Assembly: GCF_009914755.1 (NCBI RefSeq)
Contig: NC_060926.1
Direction: 5' to 3' (one strand)
Origin: the human T2T-CHM13v2.0 reference genome, Homo sapiens
DNA: 64,000 nt
In this document: one piece after another, positions 1 to 12,140 of the stretch
Layout of the letters: every line of letters starts with the position of its first letter
Numbering within the stretch: the first letter of the stretch is position 1
Notes under the pieces: generated by a model
Seen by the model: only the letters and a program-made list of their open reading frames with translations
Databases searched by the model: none
What the model was told of the DNA's origin: nothing
Position numbers and translations under genes: made by a program

Positions 1-483
1 GCCGGCCTGAACTCCTCTGTCGGGGATTATACGAGCAGTTTTGTGACCATTTTAAACATTTCTCACATACTTTTGGCTTTGTGGAAACACATCTCCTCTC
101 TTTATATTCACATCTGTTTCCCATGTTAGAATATAAACATATTCAAGAAGTATACAGAAATCCTTTTCTATACTTCCATGTATTTAAGATTTGAATGCAT
201 TCACTTGCAGGCACCAAGTGTACTTTAGGAAGGCACAGTTGATTCTTTTTTGGTGAAAAGTATGTACATTAGTGTTTCCTAAGAAGAATGTGCAAGGAGG
301 AATGTAGGAAATGAGCCTTTCTCTTGCCATGTGGGGCTCAGAGTAATAGTAAACATGTTGTCACTTTTAGCCGAAAAACAAAAACATATGAGAGATGATG
401 GTGAAGGGATGACTTCAGAATGTGTTATCTGAGGTTTTTATTTTATTCCCCAACTCCCATACACACATGCATGGGTGCACATG

Positions 484-486
<3 letters not shown>

Positions 487-518
<32 letters not shown>
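487..518. repeat. (AC)n microsatellite, ~16 units
   Basis: Uninterrupted acacac run read directly. Confidence 0.95.
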
Positions 519-522
<4 letters not shown>

Positions 523-772
523 AAACACACACCTGAGCTGCACGTGCAAAGCTGCGGAGAAAAATTTGGGTGATTGGGTTGGTGGGTCTTTGGAATCCAG
601 GAAATGAGGGCTGAGGATTCTGGAATTCTGTGGGATCCATGTGGGCCTTTCCTGAGAGTCGGGGAGAAATGTGATCTTGCTTGACAGGGCCAGACGTAGG
701 GTCTCTGTTGGACACTGACTTTGGCTGCAGATTCTCCACAAGTGATGCTGAAAGAAGGCTGGGATGTCTGTA

Positions 773-792
773 GGACATGCTTAGACTAGTTG
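773..792. promoter_or_regulatory. Candidate p53-family response element
   Basis: GGACATGCTT+AGACTAGTTG: two RRRCWWGYYY half-sites, no spacer, one terminal mismatch. Motif only. Confidence 0.4.
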
Positions 793-2639
793 ACCTGAGA
801 GGTGCTCTGGTATAATTAAGGAAAAAGACCATGGCTCAAAGAGAAAGAAGGTGTTTTTTCATGAAATGTTAGCAAAGCTGAGAATGGCTGGAGATGGACA
901 GGGCAGTGTGGAGGGGCCGGCAGGGTACTGGGGAGATGGGAGATGCTCACATGGAGGCTGTCCAAAGGGGGCTTAGATGGAGAGCTCCTGGATGCTGTGT
1001 AAACACCAAGTCCTGTCAAGATACACATCACCAAGTCAGTGGCTGCTGCAGAATGCATCTTGTGCCTTCACCACTTCAGAGTCAGCTTTTGGGGAGAAGG
1101 TGACCCTGGGCCCCTGCTCTTGGTCACCTCTCCTGTCCTTTCCTTCCTTGACCCCCATGCAAGCCTGCTCAGTCCTTTGTCTCTGGGGAGATCACATGAG
1201 TACACGACTGTTGTCCAAACTGGGACCTTCTAGGGACAGCAAGGGAGGCATGATGAACTATGACGTGAGACCGCAGCAGGAGCTGGACCCTCTCAGGCAA
1301 ATACGCAGCCACTGATTTTTGCTCCAACGTGAGTTGACTCCAGTATTTTAATCTTTCACTGGAATTTTTCTTTTATAGATTTTCTTCATATTACTGCAAT
1401 TTTAGGAATTAGAGAAAAGATGAAAAGATATGTTTGGTGACATAGAAATTCCCTCTATTCCTTAGAAGACAAAAGAATAATTTCCCTAGCTCTATCATGT
1501 ATTTATGATATGATTTGCGGAAATTCCTACAAACTTTCTGTAGCTCTATTTCTTCATTTGCATAAGGCAGTAATAATACTGAATGATACTAACAAGAAAA
1601 GTTGTGAATATTTCATGAGAAAATTCATGATGAAGGGGCTTTGCCAAATGTAAAATAGCTCCTAAACGTCTATTGTTTTCGTCATCGTAGCTGTCATCAT
1701 TATCAGCTTCTAACTCTAATGAAAGCTAAGGGACACTCTGAAACTACATGCTGAATTATTGATCTCTGTTCATATTCATTTTTAATGTCATCAAATTGTT
1801 GATAATATAACATTTAACCCTTCTAAACTTCACTTGAACAAAGGGTAACAGGGAGGTGTGAGTTCAGAAAAGAGTGGGCACCCAACATAGACTGACTTAC
1901 AATGAAATCCACATTCCAATATTTATGAGGCATGAACATTTTCCAAAGAGTGACATGGGAAAATTTGTTTTCTTGATTTTATATGTTCAGCGCTCCAAAA
2001 TCTAACATGGCAACAGGGTAAGTGTGGGGGCATCATTGAATGAACATGCATGAAAATGCATTTACAATCTCAAATCTCAAAATACGACATGATGAAGTTG
2101 CAAATGGGCAATTGATTCTCAATTATAGAAAGCGTTGGAGAGATTTTCTTTTGTGCTTTTAGAATAGCAGAGTGGAGGAGAGGTCCTGGGAACAAACACT
2201 GCAGGAGGAGGTCTGTCCTGGGAATCTACATCAACCCACACTTTACGACCAGGGGAAGTGATCTCAGACTTCTGGGTGTCACGAGGAAACTGGCTGAGCT
2301 AGATTCTCTCTAATATTCTTTCTAACACTGTAGCATCTTGTGATTATTCAAGAAAGGAAACACGATTAAACGTAGAGCAAAACACAGCTTAAAACCCCAT
2401 TTACCATCACGTTCTTGAGTGACTGAGGAGGGAAGGAGAGCCTCTCCATTGTACGCTCCTCTTTCATGTCTTAATGATGATAATGTGACGATGATTATGT
2501 TGATAAAACATGCTGAGAAAACCTTTTTGTGTATAGAATAAAATGTTTTCTATGGCATTTTTCTTTCCCAGTGAGAATTGATTTGAATCATGATGCCTTA
2601 CACACAATTTCCTTATCTGTAAAATAGTCATAAGAATGA

Positions 2640-2830
2640 GATGAGAGATTTGGAGTCAAATAGAACTAGTTTCTATCTGCCAGACAGAACTCTGCCAAAT
2701 TCTAGAAAGTATCCTTATTTTCTCCATCTGTAAAATGAGATGAATACCTTATCGTGGAGCGCAATGTGTGATATTATGTGCAGAGCACTTAACTGGACGC
2801 CTGGAACACGGTGAGGCTTCAGGCCACGCA
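2640..2830 (+). mobile_element. MIR SINE relic
   Basis: MIR core ttttctccatctgtaaaatgagatga, then agagcacttaac...gcctggaacacggtgagg. Boundaries approximate. Confidence 0.7.
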
Positions 2831-3248
2831 TGCTTCCTTCATTCAAACTGGCACTCACTGCGGCACACCGGCCCTTTTTGAGCACCTGGGTGCAAAGACA
2901 AAATGAACAGTCATTGCTTTTGCTTTCGGAAATCTTAAAGGCTAGTGTAAGGATATTAATTAAATAATGACACTAAGTTATGAAGTCTTCTCTGATAAAG
3001 TTGTATTTGATATAAAATCTGAAATAAAAGAACTAATAAAGTTGATGTGGAGAAAGAATATGAATAGCTCTGCATGCAAGCAGAATAGGAGGTGCAAAGA
3101 TGCGGGGCAGGAGGTGACCTTGGGCAGGATGACTGAGGCACAGTGAACAAAGGGTAAGTAGCAAGTGACAAGGCTGCCTATGCCTGAACCATGGGTGTGG
3201 TTCAAGTATGTTCCTGCTCTGTTAAAGAAAGCAGGGAATGAGCTAGCT

Positions 3249-3527
3249 CAGGGATTGGTAAGGTTTTTCTGCACATGGCCAGGTAATACATATTTTAGGT
3301 TTTGCAGACAATGGTCCTGGTAAAAACTATTCAACTCTGCCATTGCAGCATGAAGCAACCTCAGATGATACATCAACGGGTGGGTGGGGCAGTGTTCCAA
3401 AAAGCTGAATCTTGAATTTCTGATAATTTTCACATGTCAAGAATTACTGGTCTTCTCTTGACTTTTCCCAACCATTTGAAAATATAAAAATTATTCTTAG
3501 CTCACAGTCTATAGTTTGCTAAACTGA
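3249..3527 (+). mobile_element. MER58B-like hAT-Charlie MITE
   Basis: Starts cagggattggtaa; internal ctattcaactctgccattgcagcatgaagca and caaccatttgaaaatataaaaattattcttagctc; ends tagtttgctaaactg. Confidence 0.8.
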
Positions 3528-5449
3528 GCCAACTAATTGTTGGATTTTTTTCTCTAAGCATTTCATGTTATGTCCAAGACACGCCGAGGACATAGGTGGG
3601 AGTGGTAGGGGTGAGTACATACCAGTGCCAGCCTCCACTGTGCCTGCAATCTAAGCTCTGACCTAGCCAAAAAGTCTGAAAGAATTAACAACTGGCTAAT
3701 TGAATGAAAAAGTGAATCAAATATGAACTGAATGAATGAATGAAGTGAGTGGTTATAGGAAAGAAAGTCTGCCTGCGTCCTAGGAGCAGGTGAACTGGAT
3801 TCACCTTACCCATCTTCTTGCACTTACATTTGCTGGACAGTTTTTACAAGAAAAGCCTCACTTTGCATAGATAATTAGAAACATTTTGTGACTTAAGAGA
3901 GAAGAGAGGCTGGCCTGAATGTTATTATGGAGCATGGGGACATGAAAAAGGATCCAAAAAAAAAGGCTGCTGGTCTGTGCTGGGAGAGGCATCTTCCAAT
4001 CCCCCCAAAACTGAGTTCAGCCAAGTTGGCGTATGCAAAAGCTTCACCATTTTATCTTTCAAAGAAGAAACACGTCAGGGTAAAAACAAGAAGCCTAGCG
4101 GTTAAAGATAAACGGAAAGAAAACACACAATTGCTCTTAGTCTGTCATTTCCCCCACAGAGTAGTAAATAAGAGCTTTGATACATAAAAGCAGTTATCAA
4201 ACAGTAACAAATTAGTTCTTCACCATCTGTGATCCACGAGAGGGGGTGACAGTTTTAGTGCAAGATTTTAAAATATGAAATCAACGATTTATGAACTGGG
4301 TTCAGAGTCTCCGTGTCTACCCGGCCTCTTCAAGCACAGCCACAAGAAAGCACTAAGGTTTTCAGCTAACAAAAGCCATCAGTGGTGGCTCCTCTCTTTA
4401 AAATAGGCTAATTACTGCCTGACATTTGTAAACAAGATGTTTCCTTCCATACTGCAGCTCACCATACTCAACATGCTTTCTGTTCCTTTAGAGAAACCAG
4501 CTTCACACAAAAGGCTGGTTATCAAAAGACCCTCAAGGCACAGGAAGTGCCGCTCCCTGGCTACCTTGATCTGAGATCTGGCCAGATGCTCCTTGATCAG
4601 CCTGGATACTGCGGTGCCCCAAGTCTTGCTCTTGGGCTCCTCAGTAATGCTACTGGAACCCACCACCTTCCTGTCAATCAAGCCAGGCATCCTCAGTTCT
4701 CCAGGATCATCTGTGTTGCTTGGCTGTGGCTGACTTCAGGCAGGGCCCAGGCAGGCTTGACCAAGCAGTGGGTCTCCCAGGTGGCAGGGAGCACCTCATC
4801 CCCCTCTTTCTCCCCTATCCTACCTGAATCTTCCCTGGAGAAATCAAAGGGTACCAGACCCTGATCCTCAACCAGGGTTGGACCCGCAGTGCCGCCTTCA
4901 TCTTACCTCATCCTGTTATGTGAGTCACTTCTGAGAAGGGTTGCATGTCCTCAAAGGAGCTCTTGATTCCTACTTTGGGATCTGGGCATAGAGTTTATAA
5001 ATGAAAGTATATGGTTTTCCAGAAACCGAGGGGGAGAAAACACCACGGGATGTTCAATCTAATGCCTCTTCTGTAAGACATTTCCTCCCTCCATGAGTTA
5101 TTGTAGATTTCCAGTACAGCTCCTTGCCTCTATCTCTTGCTCTCCTCCTCCTCTTATTTCTTCTTTGTTCTTTTTGCCCAGTGGGAGCAGCATGAAAGTA
5201 AGTAAATAACAATTTATGACATTTGCTATTTACTATAACATTATAATAAGAAAAGAACCAGGTTTGCAATCAGAAAGAGAGTGGTGTTCAAGTCTTGCCT
5301 TGGTTATCACCTCAGTGTGTGTAGCCAGGGAGTGACTCCAATGTTCTTTGCCTCCATTTTCTTGTCTGTAAAATAGGAATGGTCAAATAGATCGAATGAG
5401 GGCATATATATGAGCATGGTTATTACATGCCTGGCACATAGAAAGTGTT

Positions 5450-5984
5450 TGTGTTAGTCCGTTCTTGCATTACTATAAAGAACTACCTGAGACTAGGTAA
5501 TTTGTAAAGAAAAAAAGTTTAATTGGCTTATGGTTCCCCAGGCTCTAGAAGAGGCCTGGCTGTGGAGGCCTCAGGAAAGTTACAATCATGGAAGAAGGCA
5601 AAGGGAAGGCAGGCATGTCCTACCCGCTGGAGCAGGAGGAAGAGAGAGGAAGAGAGAACGGGGGAGGTGAGGAAGAGAGAGCAGGGGGAGGTGAGGAAGA
5701 GAGAGCAGGGGGAGGTGAGGAAGAGAGAGCAGGGGGAGGTGAGGAAGAGAGAGCAGGGGGAGGTGAGGAAGAGAGAGCAGGGGAGGTGAGGAAGAGAGAG
5801 CAGGGGGAGGTACGACACACTTTTAAACAGGCAGAGCTCATGAGAACTCACTCACTATCATGAGAACAACAAGGGGGAAATCTGCCCCTGTGATCCAGTG
5901 GCTTCCCACCAAGCCCCTCCTCCAACGCTGATGATTGTAATTTGACATGAGATTTGAGTGGGGCCACAAATCTAAACCATATCA
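5450..5984 (-). mobile_element. MSTA/MSTB-like ERVL-MaLR solo LTR
   Basis: tgtgttagtccgttcttgcattactataaagaactacctgagact ... aaaccatatca. Perfect 5-bp TSD GTGTT at 5445-5449 and 5985-5989. Confidence 0.9.
5660..5811 (+). repeat. 24-bp G-rich minisatellite inside the MST LTR
   Basis: Unit gggggaggtgaggaagagagagca, 6 full copies (one 23 bp) plus a partial copy. Confidence 0.95.
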
Positions 5985-6172
5985 GTGTTCAAAAAATATG
6001 TAAGCTAAATTTGGTTGGACAATGAGAGCCTATTTCATGTGGGCAGGTGACTTAATCTCTCTGAAGTTCAAGGGAGATCCTGTAAATGGGACCCTTTTAC
6101 AAACTGCAAAGTGCTATACAAGCAAAAAACAGCATGACCACTCTGCTAAGTCATCATGATACCTTGCAGTAT

Positions 6173-6935
6173 TGATACGGAAGCGGGGCAGGGAAGTGCT
6201 GGGAAGGGAAGGGCATGGTCCCTGGCTAGGGCTCCACCCCTGGGCCTGTGCCCATTGACCTAGGTGAGGACAGGCACTCCTGTTTTCGATCCCAAATGTT
6301 GCATTTCCCAAGACCAGCGTGGCCCACCACAGCCCCAACCTGTGCCTATAAAAACCCCAAGACCCTAGCAGGCAGAGACACAAGTAGCTGGGCATCAAAA
6401 GGACGCCGGTGGAAGAGCACACCGACTGACGCCGGCAGGCCATTGACCGGCAAAACAATGCGGAGTTTGGCCGGGGCAGGCAGAGGAAAACCTGGGCAGC
6501 TGAGCAGCTCGACTCCAGGGAAGAACCACCTTCACCTTCCCACTCCATCTCCCTTCTGCCTCCCCCATCTGCTGAGAGCTACTTCCATTCAATAAAACCT
6601 TGCACTCATTCTCCAAGCCCACGTATGATCCGATTCTTCTGGTACAGGAAGGCAAGAAACCCCAGGATACAGAAAGCCCCCTGTCCTTGGGATTGAACGG
6701 TTAAACACAAGCCACCCAAGGATGGCTAAGCTGAAAGAGCACCCTGTAACACACACACCCCCCCTGGGGATTCAGGAAAGGGAAACATTCATCACTAGAC
6801 ACTGCTGTGGGGTCACCCCACAGCCTGACCATTTGTATGCTCCCCTAGAGGTTTGTGCAGTGGGGCACTGAGGAAGCTAGCCACTCCCCCTGTCACACAC
6901 CCTGCCTGGGGGACAAGGGAACTTTTACTGTTTCA
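6173..6935 (+). mobile_element. LTR1-family ERV1 solo LTR
   Basis: TG...CA termini (tgatacggaag...ctgtttca), gggaagtgctgggaagggaagggc head, TATAAAA at 6347-6353, AATAAA at 6591-6596, 4-bp flanks GTAT/ATAT. Confidence 0.85.
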
Positions 6936-7559
6936 ATATCAATGAGAGGTCCATATCTGACAGTTACTAAGGCCATTTCTTACAGCTTTATCAGCTGATG
7001 GACCCAAATGCACATTGGTGATGACTTGTAAAATTCCTTAAGAGGTTTGTGACACTATGACTTCTCCACATGGGGACTTGCAATGATTTGTTCTTTGACC
7101 ACTGCTTGGCCAGGTGCTGGCTATAGAGATATTCCTATGCTGACTGGTTTACACACAATCAGACTATTGGAAGAGGCCTGATTTTCAGAAACTCTGTCTG
7201 GAAACTGGCTGGCTGCAAATCCAGCACAAAGTGTACTTTTCTTCCTCAGCTCTGAAATTAAAGGGTATATCTGTTATTTATTTACAATATTTATTTTGTA
7301 CTAACATAATTCAAACCAAATCAAACTCAAACCCAGAAACAATAGCCTGATGAATTTTTAAAGAAACTTTCCAAAATAAGTCAATGTTCTTGGCTTGGGT
7401 TACGTTTGAGAAGTTTCCACCCCTTAGGAAGAGTTTTGACTTGTTTCTTTGCTTTGTGAATGTTAGAAGGCATTTGGTAAAAGCCATTACATGGGGGATC
7501 CCATTGCCTCAAATTGGAGATGCTGCTGACATCTAAAAATTTAGAGAAATGAATCATAA

Positions 7560-7760
7560 TGAGAGTTATTTATTAGGCACTTAATAGTTTATTATATGCC
7601 TGGCACCAGGTTATACATGATTAAAATATTTTAACTCTAATGTTATTATCTCTGTTTTACAGATGTAGGAACTGAGATTCAGATAAATTTTATAACTTGT
7701 GTTAGATCATACCATAATTGAGGCAAAAATAAAACCGAAACATTTCTACTTCACATCCCA
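7560..7760 (-). mobile_element. MIR relic
   Basis: ttattatctctgttttacagatgtaggaactgagattcaga is the reverse MIR core. Confidence 0.7.
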
Positions 7761-8521
7761 TGCCCTTTTAAAGACTACACCAAAAAACTGTTAGAGTTAA
7801 TAAATGAATTTGGTAGAGTTGCAGCATACAGAATCACCATACAAAAATAAATTAGTCCTATACACACTAAAACAAACTATCCAAAAAATAAATTAAGAAA
7901 ACAAGCCCATTGAAGATAGCATCAAAAAAATAATAATAAAGTACTTAGGAATACATTTAACCAAGATGGTGAAACATCTGTGCACTGAAAGCTATAAAAC
8001 AATAAAAGAAATTGAAAACAAAAACGAATAAATGGAAAGATATTCTGTATTCATGGATCAGAAAAATCAATACTGTAAAAATGTCCATACTATGCAATGG
8101 AATCTATACATAAATAATCTCTATCAAAATTTCAATGACATTTTTAAATAGAAAAAAAATCCTAAAATTCATATGGAACCACAAAAGACCCCAAGTAGGT
8201 AAAACAATCTTGAGAAGGAAGAAAAAGCTGAAGGTATCACACTTCCTGCTTTCAAATTATATTACAAAGCTATTGTAATCAAAACAGTGTGGTATTTGCA
8301 TAATGACAGACACATAGACTAATGGAACAGAATAGAAAGCTCAGAAATAAATCCAGGCGTATATAGTCCACTAATCTTCCACAAAGACACCAAGAATAAA
8401 CAATAGAGAAAGGATCATCTTTCAGCAAATAATGTTGGGAAGCTAGATATCCACATGCAAAAGAATAAAGTTGCAATTTTATGCCATACACAAAAATAAA
8501 CATAAAATGAATTTAAGACAT

Positions 8522-8765
8522 ACCTGCCCTTTCTTTTCCTGATACCCTCCCCTCATTCCTGAACTGCAGGAAACTGAGCCCCTCCATGCTTTTGTGACCT
8601 CATCACTGGCTGTGTTTATTTGATGGTTGATTTTGCTGTACCTGGAACCTCCTTTCCCATTTTCTAATCATTTTGTAAGGCATGCTGACTCTTTTCTCTT
8701 CCCTTCTCCTTTCCCTGGGAAAATACGATGAAAAAAGGCTGATTGGTACTGAAAGGAAAAAGAAA
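8522..8765 (+). pseudogene. 5'-truncated processed retrocopy of an mRNA 3'UTR (from memory HDGF-like; unverified)
   Basis: Non-L1 insert that splits L1 at ...ttaagac|atgtaagatctgaaa. It ends in a decayed A tail (gaaaggaaaaagaaaga) and has a degenerate aaagact-type duplication on both sides. Confidence 0.55.
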
Positions 8766-9536
8766 GAGTTGTATGTAAGATCTGAAATTGCAAAATTTTT
8801 AGAAGAAAAAATAAGGAAAAAGCTTCTTGACAGTGGTCTTGGCAGTGACTTTTTGTATATGGCACCAAAAGCACAAGTAACAATAGCAAAAATAAACAAG
8901 TGAGACTCCATCAAACTAAAAAGTTTCTGCACAGCCAAGGAAACAATCAGCAAAATGGAAAGGCAACCCACAGAATGGGAGAAAATATTTGCAAACAATA
9001 CATCTAATAAGGGGTTAATATTGAAAATATGTAAGAAACTCATACAACTCAACAGCAAGAAAAACAACCTGGTTAAAAAACAGGCAAAGGACACGAATAT
9101 ACCTTTTTTCACACAATACATACAAATGACCAGCAGTTATATGGAAAGGTGCTCAGCATCACTATTCACCAGGAAATGTAAATCAAACCACAGTGATGTG
9201 TCACCTCACTCCTGTTGGGATGGGTGTTATCAAAAAATCAAAAGGTAATACATGTTAGAGAGGGTGTGGAGTCATAGGAACCCTTATATATTGCTTGTAA
9301 GAATTTAAATTGATACAGACATTATGGAAAACAGTATGGACATTCCTCAAAAAATTAAAAATAGAACTACGCCATGATCCATCAATTCCACTTTTGAGTA
9401 TGCATTCAAAGAAAATGAAATCAGTAGCTAGAGAAGATGTCTGCAGCTCCACATTCATTATAGCATGATTGACTATAGCCAAAATATGGAGAAAATCTAA
9501 GTATCTGTGAACAGATTAATAGATTAAAAATGTGAT

Positions 9537-9559
9537 ACACACACACACACACACACACA
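9537..9559. repeat. (AC)n microsatellite within L1
   Basis: Read directly. Confidence 0.9.
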
Positions 9560-9826
9560 TACATATATGTCATGGAATATTATTGAACCTTAGAAAAGAA
9601 GGAAATCCTGACGTTTTGCAACAACACTGTTGAACCTGGAAGATGTTGTACTAGGTGAAATAAGCCAGACACAGAAAGACAAATACTGCATCATATCACG
9701 TCTATGTGGAACCTAAACAACTTGACTTCTTGGAAACAGAAAGTAGGATGGTTACCAGGGGTTAGGGGACAGGAGAAATGGGGAGATATTTATCAAAAGG
9801 GCACACACTTTAGGTTATAAGATAAG

Positions 9827-10114
9827 GGTCGGGCACGGCAATGCATGCCTGTAATCCCAACACTTTGGGAAGCTGATATGAGAGGATCTCTTGAGTCCAG
9901 GAGTTCAAGACAAGCCTGGGCAACATAATGAGATCCCATCTCTACAAGTTTTTTTTTTTAAATTAGCTGGTCATGGTGGTATGAACCTATAGGCCCAGTT
10001 GCTCCAGAAGCTGAGGCAGGAGGATCATTTCAGTTCAGGAGTTTGAGTCTGCAGTGAGCTGTGATCGTGCCACTGCAGTCCAGCCTGGTCAATAGAGAGA
10101 AACCTCGTCTCAGA

Positions 10115-10161
<47 letters not shown>
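9827..10161 (+). mobile_element. AluJ with (TAAA)n tail
   Basis: J-type features gaggatctcttgagtccaggagttcaaga and gtgagctgtgatcgtgcc. TSD aagataag/aagatgag; (TAAA)n at ~10115-10161. Confidence 0.9.
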
Positions 10162-11059
10162 AAGATGAGCACTACCTAGAGTTCTAATGTATGGCAGGTA
10201 ACTACAGTAAATAATAATGTATTATGTACTTGAAATTTGTTAACAGAGTAGATTTCAAGTATTCTCACTGCAAACAAATGGTAACTATGTGAGGTTATAC
10301 ATATATTTATTAGCTAGATTTGGCAACCATTTCACAACATATACTTATATCAAAACATCAGATTGTACACCTTAAATATATACAATTTTAATTGCCAATT
10401 AAACCTCAATAAAGCTTAAAAATGGAACAAAAGGAGTTCTTTCCACTCATCTTCATCACCCTTCCGTCCCTCATGCACACATGTGTTAACATCTTGTTTT
10501 CCTTTTCTTTTTTCCCCCTCATGTATTTCCTAATGAATATTTTCAGTTAGCCCCAGTAGACACTGTGAAGTAGTCAAGGTTCTTCCCAGGGACACTGTTC
10601 TTTTCCCAGTAAATAATTGGGCACCATCTTGCCTGTCTTTAATATACTTTTCATTCAGATGTATTTACATCAGCCTTCAGCATGCTACATGCATCTGAGA
10701 AAATTCATTGAATAAGGTATTATATAACCAATTATTATATGTAAGGGAATTATTTTCATCATAATCCCAAATCAACATCCCAACTAAAAAGTCCATTCAG
10801 AACCATGAGAAATGCATTGTGTGAATGAAACAAGTGAAGAAATGAAAATGGAAAATATGATTCAAATATGATTCAAATATAAACACTACTTCACTTAAAA
10901 CCCAGCAGAACCTCATTCTCACTTCTAAACTAACTCATTTTCACTTTGCTCCTGTGGTTACTAAGAGACATGATTTATTGTAAAGTGTATCTCGGGGCTG
11001 CTTCCTGAGCCAGAAAGAGAAGTTGTCTTTGACATTCCTTCCCCCTCATCCTACCTTGA

Positions 11060-11790
11060 ATTAAATACCAGACCTGTCGATTCTACTCCTCTACAAGGGT
11101 CCACTTCTCTCTGCTGTCACTACCCCAATCCCCACTTGAATTCCCGTGTAGCCAGTTGATAGACTCCGCTTCCACTCCAATCCAGACTCCCCGTAGCAGC
11201 ATAAGCGAGCCTTCTAAAACACATCTGGACACGTTGCCCCTGCAGGAAACTCTTTAGTGGCTTCCCCTTGCTCTTAGGTCATGTTGAATCCATGAGAAGG
11301 GCCCCCAGGTTCTTTCTCACCTAGCCTCTACCTCCGTTGCAAACTTCATCTCTCGCTGCACACTACCCCAACCCTCTAAGTTTTAGCCAGAATGAGCTTC
11401 CTTCCTTCTTTTTTCCCTTTCTCTTTCTCTTCATTCCCTCCCTTCCTCTCTCTTCCTTCATCCTTCCTTCCTTCAATTTTTGTCAGAGCAGAATGTGTCT
11501 CTTGCCTTTTCCTTCGGCCTGGGTTAGCCACGCCTCCTAAAGACCTAGCCAGCTGAGATGCAGCTTCCAAGCTCTGGACTCGAGGTGTCCTTCTCTGGGG
11601 AGCCTTCCCTGTCCCCTCCTCTAGTGAGGTGAGACACTGTGGGCCTTCTCTGTCACAGCATCTGCCTCACGTGATGGCCATTGCTTGTTTGGTTGCTTGT
11701 CTTCCCCGCAGACCCAAAAACTCCATGAGACAAGGCTCTGTGGCTTTCTCACCATCAGAGTACTACATCTACCTGTAGGAACAAATGGAT
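11060..11790 (+). mobile_element. L2 LINE 3' relic
   Basis: L2-typical motifs ttctaaaacacatctggacacgttgcccc, tggcttccccttgctcttagg, gagccttccctg, actccatgagacaagg. Boundaries approximate. Confidence 0.6.
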
Positions 11791-11934
11791 TTTAAATGCA
11801 TAATACCATTCATAAAAATGCAATGTGCTATCTAACTTGAAGGTACACCACCAGCAACCCCAGGGAATTTGGGATGGAGCTAGAATCAGAGCCCTTCTCT
11901 TGAGACTCCTCATTCAATACTCTTGTAAGTTCGG

Positions 11935-12140
11935 GTTAAAGAAAGGAGCCTGTCATCTCGGATTGAGTCTCAGCAGCATCATATTCAAGCCAAGTGACTT
12001 TAATCAAATAACTCCTTAAGCCTCTGTTTCCTTGTCTGTAAAATGGGGGTAATAATATTCACCTTGTCTAGCTCTTAGTGATGCAAGGGGGATCTATTGA
12101 GATAATATGAAAAAGCATTATAAATTTCAAAATGCTTTAA
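11935..12140 (+). mobile_element. MIR relic
   Basis: aagcctctgtttccttgtctgtaaaatgggggtaataata core. Confidence 0.8.

Larger units (their letters stand above)
5270..6006 (+). mobile_element. MIR, interrupted by an MST LTR
   Basis: Core ttttcttgtctgtaaaatagg; the 3' end gcctggcacatagaaagtgtt|caaaaaatatgtaagct is split by the LTR at 5450-5984. Confidence 0.75.
7770..10418 (+). mobile_element. 5'-truncated old L1 (L1MA9/L1MA10/L1MB-like): 3' ORF2 plus 3'UTR
   Basis: ORF2 peptide [22 protein letters not shown] (ORF 8955..9248); 3'UTR ggtaactatgtgagg...ttgtacaccttaaatatatacaattttt...cctcaataaagc. Interrupted by a retrocopy and an AluJ. Confidence 0.9.

Noticed and set aside
4412-4690. 92-aa ORF with a protein-like composition
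   Set aside because: No family recognised, and I could not support splice signals or a pseudogene tail.
5523-5863. Repetitive Glu/Gly/Arg ORFs
   Set aside because: Products of the 24-bp VNTR inside an LTR.
6804-6824. 9-bp hairpin gctgtgggg-tca-ccccacagc
   Set aside because: It lies within the LTR1 and probably reflects the consensus sequence.
8603-9121. 172-aa minus-strand ORF
   Set aside because: It is the antisense reading of L1 ORF2 plus the retrocopy insert, a typical spurious L1-antisense ORF.
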